DNA of 55,953 bases from a virus (lineage: Duplodnaviria > Caudoviricetes): the IMG/VR virus record IMGVR_UViG_3300009136_000007, positions 1 to 55,953 of that record; one strand, given 5' to 3'. Every line of letters begins with the position of its first letter. The first letter of the stretch is position 1. The notes below the pieces were generated by a model. The model did not search any database. It saw only the letters and a list, made by a program, of their open reading frames with translations, and was not told the DNA's origin. Made by a program: the position numbers and the translations under genes. Shown here piece after piece: positions 46,625-55,177 of the stretch.

Positions 46625-46997
46625 CTAATATGATGTCACCTGGGTACATCCTCTGTGGCTTAGAATAATGTTTACCTGTGTTACCATTTTGTGCGATAAC
46701 TTTCATTCGTTCTTCATCTTCTTCAAAAGCATGTGCATTACAAGGAGCTACTGGTTCTGAACGTTTAAGCATAGCTTCTTCAATCTCATCAGATAAACAA
46801 CGTTTAGCAGCTTCAATATAAAGCAAAGCATCCATCAACTCTTCTTGAACATCAACAAGAAAACGATTAAGATCTTTTTCCTGGCCTTCAATCTCTTCCA
46901 TCATTGTGGCACCATATTTTTCTTGACCAATTAAACTACGTTGATCCATTTTCTTTAATACAGCTAATACAATTTCATCTTTAGTGTCTATTCTCAT
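46611..46997 (-). CDS. Putative all-alpha NTP pyrophosphatase (MazG-like)
   Basis: GQEKYG and QEELMDALLY (EExxD) motifs. Confidence 0.55.
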   Translation of the reverse strand: MRIDTKDEIVLAVLKKMDQRSLIGQEKYGATMMEEIEGQEKDLNRFLVDVQEELMDALLYIEAAKRCLSDEIEEAMLKRSEPVAPCNAHAFEEDEERMKVIAQNGNTGKHYSKPQRMYPGDIILGGDK

Positions 46998-47767
46998 TTT
47001 AAATTTCTTTTAATAAACGTTCCATTTTTCATTGATCCTTTTCTATCTTTGATCTCATCGTAAGCGCTTGTTATACAGTCTTCTACTTTCATCTGCTCTA
47101 AGTGAGCTAGATTAGTTACAACGACTATAATATCGCCAATAGCATCTTTGATCTCTGCTTTATCGTTCTTGAGTATACCTTGAGCAAGCTCACCTACCTC
47201 TTCAACCAGTTTAGCAAACTGCGTTTTAGAATCACCAGAATTGTATATTCCACGAACTTGAGCCCAGTCTCTTATTAAGTCAAAGACATTTACTTCATTA
47301 GGCTCGTAAAAGCTTTTTTGTTTATCAACATTTAACTCCATTAGCTTTTTGTTATATACAAAACACCTGTTATTGTTAAACATAGAAGTTACAGCGTTTT
47401 TATATACCTCTTTGTAGTTCTCTTTAGTTAATTCGAACTCACCGAAAGTTGTCTTCCATTTAAAACCTATAGCGTCCTCAAGACGATCTTTTAGTTTTTT
47501 TAACGGCATTGGAAACGTAGTTGTTTGGTCTGTTATATTTATCTTCATTTCATTAGATTTAATTAAATTTTTATAGCTTTGTCTGTCAACTTTGTAGCCG
47601 TAAGACTTTTGAAGTTCTATTTCCATGTTAGATACCTTGTCGATATCGTCGCTAGTAAGTAGAACTTCGTATTCGTCTGGAGCATAACCTTGTTGCTCCG
47701 TAACCCTGCTATTAAGATTACGTGTTACACCTATCTTTTTACCTGGTATGTGATATAAATAATACAT
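46994..47767 (-). CDS. Fusion of a GIY-YIG-like N-terminal domain and a MazG-like pyrophosphatase
   Basis: YYLYH...KIGVT..L..R...E at the N-terminus; KLVEEVGEL...EIKDAIGD...AYDEIKDRKG at the C-terminus. Confidence 0.8.
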   Translation of the reverse strand: MYYLYHIPGKKIGVTRNLNSRVTEQQGYAPDEYEVLLTSDDIDKVSNMEIELQKSYGYKVDRQSYKNLIKSNEMKINITDQTTTFPMPLKKLKDRLEDAIGFKWKTTFGEFELTKENYKEVYKNAVTSMFNNNRCFVYNKKLMELNVDKQKSFYEPNEVNVFDLIRDWAQVRGIYNSGDSKTQFAKLVEEVGELAQGILKNDKAEIKDAIGDIIVVVTNLAHLEQMKVEDCITSAYDEIKDRKGSMKNGTFIKRNLK

Positions 47768-47769
47768 AG

Positions 47770-48420
47770 TTAAATTTTATCGTTATACAAATGTAGATTA
47801 TGTGCGTGATGATAATACCAACCCGTCTCAATAGACAGCCTGTCTGCAACCATTTGTTGCAATGATGCAAACTGATACTGATCATTACAGAAACCGTACC
47901 AGAGATCATTAGAACGCATATAAACAGACATACAGAGTTTGTTATCTACAATGCTAAATTGAACTGCATATGTACACGGAGTATCGTATGTGTATTTATG
48001 ATGTTCTTTAGCATCGTATATACTTATAGCTGCATGTCTTGTGTCTGGGTTTTCCCTCAGTTTATTTACTACATACTCTAATTGATGATCTCTTTGCCAT
48101 TGATAACCATAGTTAGAATTAACTTCACCGTGCTTATCCGCCATACGTTTCCATATAGGAGGTATACTGCCGTTTAATTCACCCAGCTTGCTAATATTAG
48201 GATCACCAGATAAATACCAAGCCCATTCAGCTGCAGCATATTTTTGATTCCATTTTCTATACCTAGCTTTTATCTGTTTGTCAGATGGGTTGTGGATATA
48301 AAACCCTACGTTAAACAAAGCTTTAGTGTTATCAAAATCTACTCCTTTATTTTTGATCTTGATATACATATAATCAAAAGCCTCACTCGCTGTTTTAAAA
48401 TTACTTTTTGTGCTTATCAT
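47770..48420 (-). CDS. Thymidylate synthase-family enzyme, dCMP hydroxymethylase-like
   Basis: GEVNSNYG, DTPCT and MRSNDLWYGFCND, with Asp at the dUMP/dCMP specificity position. Confidence 0.85.
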   Translation of the reverse strand: MISTKSNFKTASEAFDYMYIKIKNKGVDFDNTKALFNVGFYIHNPSDKQIKARYRKWNQKYAAAEWAWYLSGDPNISKLGELNGSIPPIWKRMADKHGEVNSNYGYQWQRDHQLEYVVNKLRENPDTRHAAISIYDAKEHHKYTYDTPCTYAVQFSIVDNKLCMSVYMRSNDLWYGFCNDQYQFASLQQMVADRLSIETGWYYHHAHNLHLYNDKI

Positions 48421-48646
48421 AATAGTATCTGCAATATTCGTAATACTTCTCCCAAATAGTATCTTTTACGAAAGCTTTTGGGGATCTGTTAGTTACTCCG
48501 TTTATAGTTATTTCTATGCACCAACTACCTTCTCTTAGAGCTAGAGGCGATATGTATATATTATTTCTTATACACCATACGTTAGCCTCGTAGTCTTGTT
48601 TAGTTGGTTTGTACTCACCCATATTAAATGGGCTTCTTTTTGCCAT
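48401..48646 (-). CDS. Hypothetical protein
   Basis: Coupled ORF in the operon. Confidence 0.7.
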   Translation of the reverse strand: MAKRSPFNMGEYKPTKQDYEANVWCIRNNIYISPLALREGSWCIEITINGVTNRSPKAFVKDTIWEKYYEYCRYYYDKHKK

Positions 48647-49029
48647 TAATTAATTATTCTTTTAAACCACGCGTAGTTTTTTCTTTTATTTAAGTACGTC
48701 CACTTTCTTTGATTACTATAAGCTTCTCTCTCGAAAGAAATATTGTAATAAGCTTTCTTAAACGACTTATAAATTATAGATTTAACTAGCCACTCTAATA
48801 CATACAACACGTAAAAAGGTATAACTAATAACTCTTGTTGTTGTTTGATATGTATAGACTCGTGGTTTACAATTCTCTTAGAGTTACCCTTTAAGTATTT
48901 TTCTCTCATAACAACAAATGGATATACAGTTATACCACCTACTTTCATAAATATACTTATACTATTAAGGAACTTGTCATTGTATTTAATAATTGGTGTT
49001 TTCATCTTAATTGTTTTTAACTTTCCCAT
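48646..49029 (-). CDS. HExxH putative metallopeptidase with a hydrophobic segment
   Basis: GITVYPF...NHESIHIKQ...ISFEREAY. Confidence 0.7.
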   Translation of the reverse strand: MGKLKTIKMKTPIIKYNDKFLNSISIFMKVGGITVYPFVVMREKYLKGNSKRIVNHESIHIKQQQELLVIPFYVLYVLEWLVKSIIYKSFKKAYYNISFEREAYSNQRKWTYLNKRKNYAWFKRIIN

Positions 49030-50726
49030 GGCATTTTATCTTCTGATCCTGCTTGTACGTGTGGTAAGAAGCAACCTGATTTTGGCTCCCATTTGAAATG
49101 TGATTCTGCTCCATTTTCCCCAAGGTTTTGGAATTTGACTTTAAGTACTTTGCATTTAACAGTCTTTTCCTCATAATTTCTGTGAACCAGTAAACCATGA
49201 TAAGAAGCATCATACCACTCACCACCACCTTTAATGTTGTACATAGTAGGCTCTTCAATTTTTCCATCTTTATCTTTATACATTTTAGTTGGATGTGCTA
49301 CAATAAATACTAACACGTCATACTTCTTAGCAAAGATTTCAATCTTACTTAAGTATTCCATTGTATACCTATTAACGTCTTCAGTTTTACATTCAGTATC
49401 TCTTACCTTATTGAAAGGATCTATAACTAAACATTTAATACCTTTACGTTTTACTAGCTCTGCACCCTTTTTTAACACTGACTCTAACGTATAACGTTCC
49501 ATGTCTATATGGAAAAAGTTACTGTTACAATGATCAGCTATTTGATTCCATCTATCACTACCAATATCCGCTTTAGTTGGCATACCTTGCCATACTTTAC
49601 GCATTAACTTATGCGCGTGTAAATATGTTGGCACATTTTCCGGCGAAGCAAAAGCTGTTTTCCAACCATAATTCGCATTGTAGCCGACAACCATTTGGTC
49701 GACGAAATCACTTTTACCGGAACTAGGTATACCAGTGACAGTAATAAACTGACCAGTATAAGTTGAAAATATCGAATCAAAATGCTCAAGACCAACTTGA
49801 AACCCTGGCTTGAAGCCGTTTTCAACAAAGTCTGTAATCTCGCCCTCGATATCTCGGAAAGTTGTAACATTTTCCAATGGTACAGGCTTAGCTCCTGATA
49901 TACGTTCTGAAAGTTTTTCTTTACCATGCTTTAATAGGTATTCGTTAGCGTCTTTACAATCTTGAAAGGTAGCTATGTGACATACTTCGGAACCTAACCT
50001 ACGTATAAGCTCTGCTTGTAAAGCTTGACCAGCCTCATCAGAGTCTACTGCTAGTACGATTTTTTCTTTGTCTTCAAAGTAATCTATACAACTATCTAAA
50101 TAGTCAAGATTGTTAGAATTTAATGTTGCACCGTTTGGAACTGAGATCGCGTTAGTTATACCTGCTTCATGCAGAGCTAATACATCCATTTCGCCTTCAA
50201 CGATTACACAGTATTCAAAACCTACAACACTATCAATATTGTAAAATACTTTTTCTGCTCCTTTGTACAGTTTAAAGTTTTTTCTTCCATCTCGGTATTT
50301 AACATTGGTTAAGTTACCACCCATGAAATAATTAAACTTTATTACGTTCTCGGTTTTTTGTGTTTGCGGCATCCATTCAGGACCTTCGGTGACTTTTAAA
50401 TCATCGAGGGTCTTCTTGGAAATACCTCTTGCTTTAAACCAGTCTTCAACTTTAGTACCAGGCTCTTCGTACTTGTAAGCATCAGGTTTTGTATATATTT
50501 TTTCTGAGCTACCTTTACGTTTGTAGGTGTGTAGTTGAAAACTAGTGTTGCAATTGTGACAAGTACCGAGACCACGATCCCAATCATAGGAAGCACATTT
50601 GGCTTTCTGATTCTTGGGTTTCCTGTCGTGAGAACAAACAGGGCATACACCCTGCTTATTACCCTCTTCAAGCTTATGCACATTGAACTCGTCAATTGCA
50701 AACCCATTGATCTCTACTTCTTGCAT
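49017..50726 (-). CDS. Bifunctional primase-helicase (T7 gp4/Twinkle-like)
   Basis: Zn finger CPVC...CHNC, TOPRIM motifs EGEMD, DSDEAG and KDANE, Walker A GIPSSGKS, LVIDP and VAHP. Confidence 0.95.
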   Translation of the reverse strand: MQEVEINGFAIDEFNVHKLEEGNKQGVCPVCSHDRKPKNQKAKCASYDWDRGLGTCHNCNTSFQLHTYKRKGSSEKIYTKPDAYKYEEPGTKVEDWFKARGISKKTLDDLKVTEGPEWMPQTQKTENVIKFNYFMGGNLTNVKYRDGRKNFKLYKGAEKVFYNIDSVVGFEYCVIVEGEMDVLALHEAGITNAISVPNGATLNSNNLDYLDSCIDYFEDKEKIVLAVDSDEAGQALQAELIRRLGSEVCHIATFQDCKDANEYLLKHGKEKLSERISGAKPVPLENVTTFRDIEGEITDFVENGFKPGFQVGLEHFDSIFSTYTGQFITVTGIPSSGKSDFVDQMVVGYNANYGWKTAFASPENVPTYLHAHKLMRKVWQGMPTKADIGSDRWNQIADHCNSNFFHIDMERYTLESVLKKGAELVKRKGIKCLVIDPFNKVRDTECKTEDVNRYTMEYLSKIEIFAKKYDVLVFIVAHPTKMYKDKDGKIEEPTMYNIKGGGEWYDASYHGLLVHRNYEEKTVKCKVLKVKFQNLGENGAESHFKWEPKSGCFLPHVQAGSEDKMPWES

Positions 50727-50753
50727 TTAATTTAATTTAATTTAATTTAATTT
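50727..50753 (-). repeat. (TAAAT)5 leader repeat directly before the primase-helicase ATG
   Basis: TTTAA tandem repeat on the + strand; similar leaders at 5247, 8545 and 12951. Confidence 0.8.
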
Positions 50754-50791
50754 ACTGTTCTTGTAACGAATCGTTTAGTTGCTTCCAAAAT

Positions 50792-50878
50792 TCATTGCTC
50801 TAAGCACTCTGGACATATATCGCAATAATCAAAGTCACACTTAGTCATGACTTCGCCACACATTTCACATTGTTCCAT
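50792..50878 (-). CDS. 28-aa Cys-rich microprotein (zinc-finger-like, not in ORF track)
   Basis: MEQCEMCGEVMTKCDFDYCDICPECLEQ; start overlaps the SSB stop codon (TAATG). Confidence 0.6.
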   Translation of the reverse strand: MEQCEMCGEVMTKCDFDYCDICPECLEQ

Positions 50879-51189
50879 TAGAACGGTAGATCATCTACTG
50901 GTGCTGGCGCTGCTGCTTGAGCTTGTTGAGGTTGATCGTCTCTAGGAGCTGTAGCAACGTTGTCACCGTTAGTCCATACTACTTGAACGTTACCTAAGTA
51001 AGTTTTAGCTGTTTTAGCTTCTCTTTCTTCTTTTGACTGAGCTACAACTATAGGACCTTGGTTACCGAACTGATCAGGCTCGTCGTTTAGTGTAATGGTA
51101 ATTGGTAGATACTTACCTTTTTTACCTTCAATGATCTTTGTTTTATCAATATTGTTAAGATTGATACTTGCTTTAATAATACTTGCCAT
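50878..51189 (-). CDS. ssb: Single-stranded DNA-binding protein
   Basis: Small beta-rich domain, Q/A/P linker and C-terminal DDLPF tail. Confidence 0.75.
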   Translation of the reverse strand: MASIIKASINLNNIDKTKIIEGKKGKYLPITITLNDEPDQFGNQGPIVVAQSKEEREAKTAKTYLGNVQVVWTNGDNVATAPRDDQPQQAQAAAPAPVDDLPF

Positions 51190-51216
51190 AATTTAATTGT
51201 TTTTGTTTGTTGTATT

Positions 51217-51248
51217 TATTATCTTTAGTGATTCGTATTTTGTTTGTA
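51217..51248 (-). promoter_or_regulatory. Putative early promoter, class E
   Basis: Minus strand TACAAAC-AAAA-TACGA-N9-GATAATA upstream of ssb; near-identical to 55485-55516. Confidence 0.75.
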
Positions 51249-51252
51249 TAAA

Positions 51253-51993
51253 CTATAAAGTTTTAGTTACACAATACTGAGCTGGGTTAAAATCTTTGTC
51301 TTTGTAAAATAACCTGTATTGATCTATAGCTTGCTCAACCTTATCTTTACCTCTCTGTAAAAACTGTGGAGAACAATCAAATATACCTATTTGACCACTA
51401 AGCTTATCGACAACTACAAAAACCATATCCATATTAAAATAACTAGAGTATATGTAGGCTTGACTATCATAGTTGTACTCTCTTGCTGAGTAAGCAAACT
51501 TATCTAAGTTAGATGTAGTTTTTAAATCTACTACTAACTTCTGAGTGTTATTAACAATATCAGCTTTTAACTTCCACCATTCGCCACCTAGCTCTAATAT
51601 ACCAGGTATTTCGTACTCAACATCGATATCTTGTATTAAATCTCTACACATGTCGTTAGCCATTAACTTGTCTCTTAAAACCTGTAGCTCATCTGCTTCT
51701 TTTTGTAGGAGACACATTTCACCGCCACTTAGATCTTTATAAACCTTTGAATTTCTAGTAGCAGCTTCTATAATCTTGTATTGCTCTAGCTTATCAGGTT
51801 CAAGGACCAACGTATGAAAGTAACCTCCTTTAATCAAGTTTGGATTACCTGTTATAGGCTTTTTAAAACTCATTGGATCTCTAATCAAAGATCTTATATC
51901 TGAGTTACTTAAGTACTGTTTACCAAAGTCTCCATAATAATCTTCATCATTATCTAATCTTTTTAAGATCTCCTTTTTTTCTTTATTTGTCAT
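51253..51993 (-). CDS. PD-(D/E)XK exonuclease (RecE/DUF3799-like)
   Basis: LSNSD, G..FH..VLEP, KLKAD...VVDLKTT, YDSQAYIY. Confidence 0.85.
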   Translation of the reverse strand: MTNKEKKEILKRLDNDEDYYGDFGKQYLSNSDIRSLIRDPMSFKKPITGNPNLIKGGYFHTLVLEPDKLEQYKIIEAATRNSKVYKDLSGGEMCLLQKEADELQVLRDKLMANDMCRDLIQDIDVEYEIPGILELGGEWWKLKADIVNNTQKLVVDLKTTSNLDKFAYSAREYNYDSQAYIYSSYFNMDMVFVVVDKLSGQIGIFDCSPQFLQRGKDKVEQAIDQYRLFYKDKDFNPAQYCVTKTL

Positions 51994-52517
51994 AAGGTCT
52001 TTAAGGTTGCAGCAGGTATTTCATATTTTCCTTTAATAGCATCTAAACTTCCCCCTGCTTTTAAGAAAGCTTTAGCTTTTTCTAACGCTTGACCCTCTAA
52101 TTTAGGTTTTGCTTTAGCTGTTTTACCGTGACTATTCACGGCATCACTGTCTTGAGTATCATCAATTAGAAATAAATTTCCAAGAGCATACTTTTTTCCA
52201 TAACTAGAAGCACTACCAAACTTCTGAGGCATTTGCATACCTTTCTGATCTAAATCAATACCGACGACAGCAGTCGCGTGTATAGCATTACTTTGACCAT
52301 CAGTTACAGTAGCTTTAGACTCTAATATTGGAAATGGATCCGTAGATATTAATGACTCGCTAATTGTAACTGATACTCCTAACTCTAATAGAAAGGGCTT
52401 TGTTGCTTCAAGAATGTCTTCGGCTGATCTGAAGTTGTATTTACCGAAGGAGTTAAATCTGGATTTTTTAGATTTAAACTTTGTTTGGATAGTAGCTAAT
52501 TTTTCGTTTATATTCAT
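51990..52517 (-). CDS. erf: ERF-family ssDNA annealing recombinase
   Basis: YNFRSAEDIL...QKFGSASSYGKKYALGNLF.IDD..DSD. Confidence 0.9.
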   Translation of the reverse strand: MNINEKLATIQTKFKSKKSRFNSFGKYNFRSAEDILEATKPFLLELGVSVTISESLISTDPFPILESKATVTDGQSNAIHATAVVGIDLDQKGMQMPQKFGSASSYGKKYALGNLFLIDDTQDSDAVNSHGKTAKAKPKLEGQALEKAKAFLKAGGSLDAIKGKYEIPAATLKTL

Positions 52518-52543
52518 TCGTTTGTTTTTAAATTGCTTATTAT

Positions 52544-52572
52544 TATAATTACATATTTTGATTAAGTTTTAC
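52544..52572 (-). promoter_or_regulatory. Putative class L promoter upstream of erf
   Basis: Minus strand GTAA-N16-GTAATTATA immediately downstream of the sigma gene. Confidence 0.6.
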
Positions 52573-52591
52573 GGCTTATTTTGCATTTAAC

Positions 52592-53353
52592 TTAAAGATA
52601 ATCAAGCACTTGCGAGTGATCTACATTATCAATTAGTTTTTGTACTGCCGACTTTTTTAGCTCACTTACACGTACATAATTACTGTTACCTTCTATATTT
52701 AATTCTGCCGCTATTTCTTTAGCAGAATGCTTTTCACAGTCTAAACCGTAACTTAATCTTAATACCTCGTATTCTTTTTCGTTTAGATGTTTTTGCAATA
52801 AACCTTTTAAGTATATATTTAACAACTGTATATTGTAAGGTTCTGACTTATCAGGTATTTGATACATCATATTCTCGTCATCGTCATTAGTAACTTGAGC
52901 GTCTATAGATAAAAATACGGAATTAAAAAACATAGCAACCATTTTTTTATCTTTAGGGTTTTTACGTATCTCATTTAGTTTATGTTCTGGTATACGTATG
53001 TCTCCCCTATTGATGTCTATACGTCTTCTAATGGCTCCTTTTATACGTTTCGACAGAAAGCTTTTCAAAGTTTTTTCTGGATCATCAGACTCAACAACTC
53101 TTAGTATCTCTAATTTGTCAACAGCTTTAACTAAAGCTTCACTACCTATTTGTATTAAATCATTTATAGATAAAACACCTGAAGCTTGCTGTGATGTTGA
53201 AAACTTTCGAGCTAAATTTTCTACTAATGGTAAAAACTTAACTATAAGTTCGTCTCTAGTATACTCGTCCCAGAATTTACCTTCGATATTTACTATAGAT
53301 GTTTTAACATCTTCTTTATATCTGATGTAGTTTTGTATGTTATATTTCTTCAT
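52592..53353 (-). CDS. Phage-encoded sigma70-family sigma factor
   Basis: LPLVENLARKF, DLIQIG..ALVKAVD, RIKGAI and IRIP (regions 2-3); LNEKEYEVLRLSYGL...EIAAEL (region 4). Confidence 0.92.
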   Translation of the reverse strand: MKKYNIQNYIRYKEDVKTSIVNIEGKFWDEYTRDELIVKFLPLVENLARKFSTSQQASGVLSINDLIQIGSEALVKAVDKLEILRVVESDDPEKTLKSFLSKRIKGAIRRRIDINRGDIRIPEHKLNEIRKNPKDKKMVAMFFNSVFLSIDAQVTNDDDENMMYQIPDKSEPYNIQLLNIYLKGLLQKHLNEKEYEVLRLSYGLDCEKHSAKEIAAELNIEGNSNYVRVSELKKSAVQKLIDNVDHSQVLDYL

Positions 53354-53480
53354 AATTAACTGGTAAGTTATTAATAATATCTTGTTCTAGTTTTTCTACT
53401 TTATTTATCAAGTATGTGTTATCTGATTGTACTACTTTTAATATAGTTTTTATTTCCTCTATTCTTTCTAAAGTAGTCAT
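53340..53480 (-). CDS. Hypothetical 46-aa protein (not in ORF track)
   Basis: MTTLERIEEIKTILKVV...; overlaps both neighbours as in coupled operons. Confidence 0.5.
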   Translation of the reverse strand: MTTLERIEEIKTILKVVQSDNTYLINKVEKLEQDIINNLPVNYEEI

Positions 53481-54097
53481 AGTTGCTGATTTAAAAGTTC
53501 TTTTTCTTTCTTAAGTTCATTACTCATGTTTCTATGTATTGTTCTAGCCGAGCAACTAAGTAAATTAGCTAGTCTAGTTATTGTTATTTTTTTACCTAAT
53601 TCATTAATATCTAACATGCATTGATATATATCATCTTCATGTATCTTTTTACTTTTACCGACCATAGCTCCAACTATAATCATTTTTTCCTTGGTAGATA
53701 AACCGCTACCATCTCTGAATATTATTTTTCTTAATTTATTCTTTGGTGGTTGTTCTAAATCTAACATGCTAACCTCATAAACTATACTATTTAAACTATG
53801 TTTATTAATAGTAAAAGTTACAAAGCCAGAGATCTTGTTACAGATATGTTTAGCTAAATCATTAAAGCCGTCAGGATCTAGCTGAGGGTTTAAATACCAT
53901 AAAACCAATAGATGCCATTTTAAACTACGGTATGTAGTTATTTTAGCTTTACTCCTAAACAACTCGTAACATTGATAAGTCCCATCTACGTAGTAACTAC
54001 CCCAAGAATAAACTTCAGTAGGTTTATCTGTTGTAGGACTACGTCTGTAGACTATCTTTCTTCGATGTAAGTATTCTAGGTTTCTTATGTGTGACAT
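53477..54097 (-). CDS. Rep/initiator-like protein (PriCT-like helical domain plus C-terminal HTH)
   Basis: KITITRLANLLSCSARTIHRNM is a clear HTH; the central helical segment is reminiscent of PriCT-1. Confidence 0.55.
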   Translation of the reverse strand: MSHIRNLEYLHRRKIVYRRSPTTDKPTEVYSWGSYYVDGTYQCYELFRSKAKITTYRSLKWHLLVLWYLNPQLDPDGFNDLAKHICNKISGFVTFTINKHSLNSIVYEVSMLDLEQPPKNKLRKIIFRDGSGLSTKEKMIIVGAMVGKSKKIHEDDIYQCMLDINELGKKITITRLANLLSCSARTIHRNMSNELKKEKELLNQQL

Positions 54098-54134
54098 TAG
54101 CCCCCTACTATTTAATATTAGGGGCTGTTGTCAC
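54091..54134. repeat. Imperfect 44-bp palindrome, copy 2, overlapping the start codon of the HTH gene
   Basis: GTGACATTAGCCCC...GGGGCTGTTGTCAC. Confidence 0.75.
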
Positions 54135-54245
54135 AGTTCCTGTTTTATTTAAGTTACAGAAAATAATATTTTCTTTTAAGAAAATTGTTTTAGACTGTAA
54201 TTCTTCCTGTCTTAACTTTTCGAATAATTGTTTTGTTTTACCCAT
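54108..54245 (-). CDS. Hypothetical 45-aa protein (not in ORF track)
   Basis: MGKTKQLFEKLRQEE...; fills the gap. Confidence 0.5.
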   Translation of the reverse strand: MGKTKQLFEKLRQEELQSKTIFLKENIIFCNLNKTGTVTTAPNIK

Positions 54246-54249
54246 TTTT

Positions 54250-54471
54250 TCAAAATGTTATTAGTTTTAATCTTCTATTATATTTAGTTAAAAGCTTTGC
54301 TTTTACCTCTATGTTACCGCTTATGATAGTTATATTCTTGTTGTAACTATATTCGCTTCTTAAAGACGCGTTAACTATCTCGTTATGTAGAGACGTTATT
54401 CTGCTGCTCAGAAACTCTACGTGGTTTGCTTTTCTTTTTTTGTGTTTGTACCTTTGTATTAACCTTTGCAT
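54250..54471 (-). CDS. Basic hypothetical protein
   Basis: ORF within the early operon. Confidence 0.6.
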   Translation of the reverse strand: MQRLIQRYKHKKRKANHVEFLSSRITSLHNEIVNASLRSEYSYNKNITIISGNIEVKAKLLTKYNRRLKLITF

Positions 54472-54953
54472 AATTCGTTGATGTTAGATGGACGTATAAT
54501 TTTCTGCTCATTTTTGTTTCTTATGTTTTGTTTTTCTTGTTCGTAATAATTCCAGTAAGCTAACAGGCTATTGTCACTTACTTTGTACTCTTCAGGCATA
54601 CACTGTGGTGGTTCTGTAAAACCGTTATCAGGCATACCAACAGGCGGTTTAGCCAATGCTTCACGACATTTTTCAATACTCATATGATACTTATTGTATC
54701 TAACTGTGTATTCTTTGCCGATAGCAAGCATGTGCTCATATAACCAGTTGTAATGATGTATACTTTCCCGCACCCAAATTGTAGACGGATGGTTTAGATG
54801 TGCTTTTTTATAAGGTACATTATCTCCATTGTCATATGCGTGATGCGCCGTGCAAAGCATTTGAGCACATTCTAAGATCATTTTGACTTTGTGTTTGTCA
54901 TAGAAGTAGCTAGCAGCTTTAACTGGGTTTGGGTGTAGGTAAAATATATTCAT
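54459..54953 (-). CDS. Pyrimidine dimer DNA glycosylase / endonuclease V family protein
   Basis: MNIFYL...DKHKVKMILECAQML...HLNHPSTIW...EY..RY.K.H...PQCMP. Confidence 0.85.
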   Translation of the reverse strand: MNIFYLHPNPVKAASYFYDKHKVKMILECAQMLCTAHHAYDNGDNVPYKKAHLNHPSTIWVRESIHHYNWLYEHMLAIGKEYTVRYNKYHMSIEKCREALAKPPVGMPDNGFTEPPQCMPEEYKVSDNSLLAYWNYYEQEKQNIRNKNEQKIIRPSNINELCKG

Positions 54954-55177
54954 TATAGCTTTTTAAAGTTAGAGTTGTTAAATATGTATTTATGGAAAGC
55001 TTTGCCAATAGACTTTGCTTTTCTTATTTTCTTAATGATTTTAGGGTTCACATCGTCGTATTCGTATGAAGCTCCGCTTTTATAAAATACTAATAATTTT
55101 CGTGATGCATAAGTATATCGTAGTGATGATACAAAGCTTGATTCAACTCCTAGGTATTCTGTTTTAACTTTTGTCAT
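54953..55177 (-). CDS. KTSC domain protein
   Basis: VESS...Y...L.V.YKSG..YEY.DV...A.SIGKAFHKYI. Confidence 0.88.
   Translation of the reverse strand: MTKVKTEYLGVESSFVSSLRYTYASRKLLVFYKSGASYEYDDVNPKIIKKIRKAKSIGKAFHKYIFNNSNFKKL

Noticed and set aside
47770-48420. Plain thyA assignment
   Set aside because: The specificity residue is Asp rather than Asn and the motifs resemble dCMP hydroxymethylase, so the gene symbol was withheld.
920-53330. Numerous nested or antisense ORFs in the track (e.g. 9334-9858, 14633-15106, 37259-37666, 42271-42723, 43220-43603)
   Set aside because: They are shadows of well-supported genes, with no motifs or leaders of their own.
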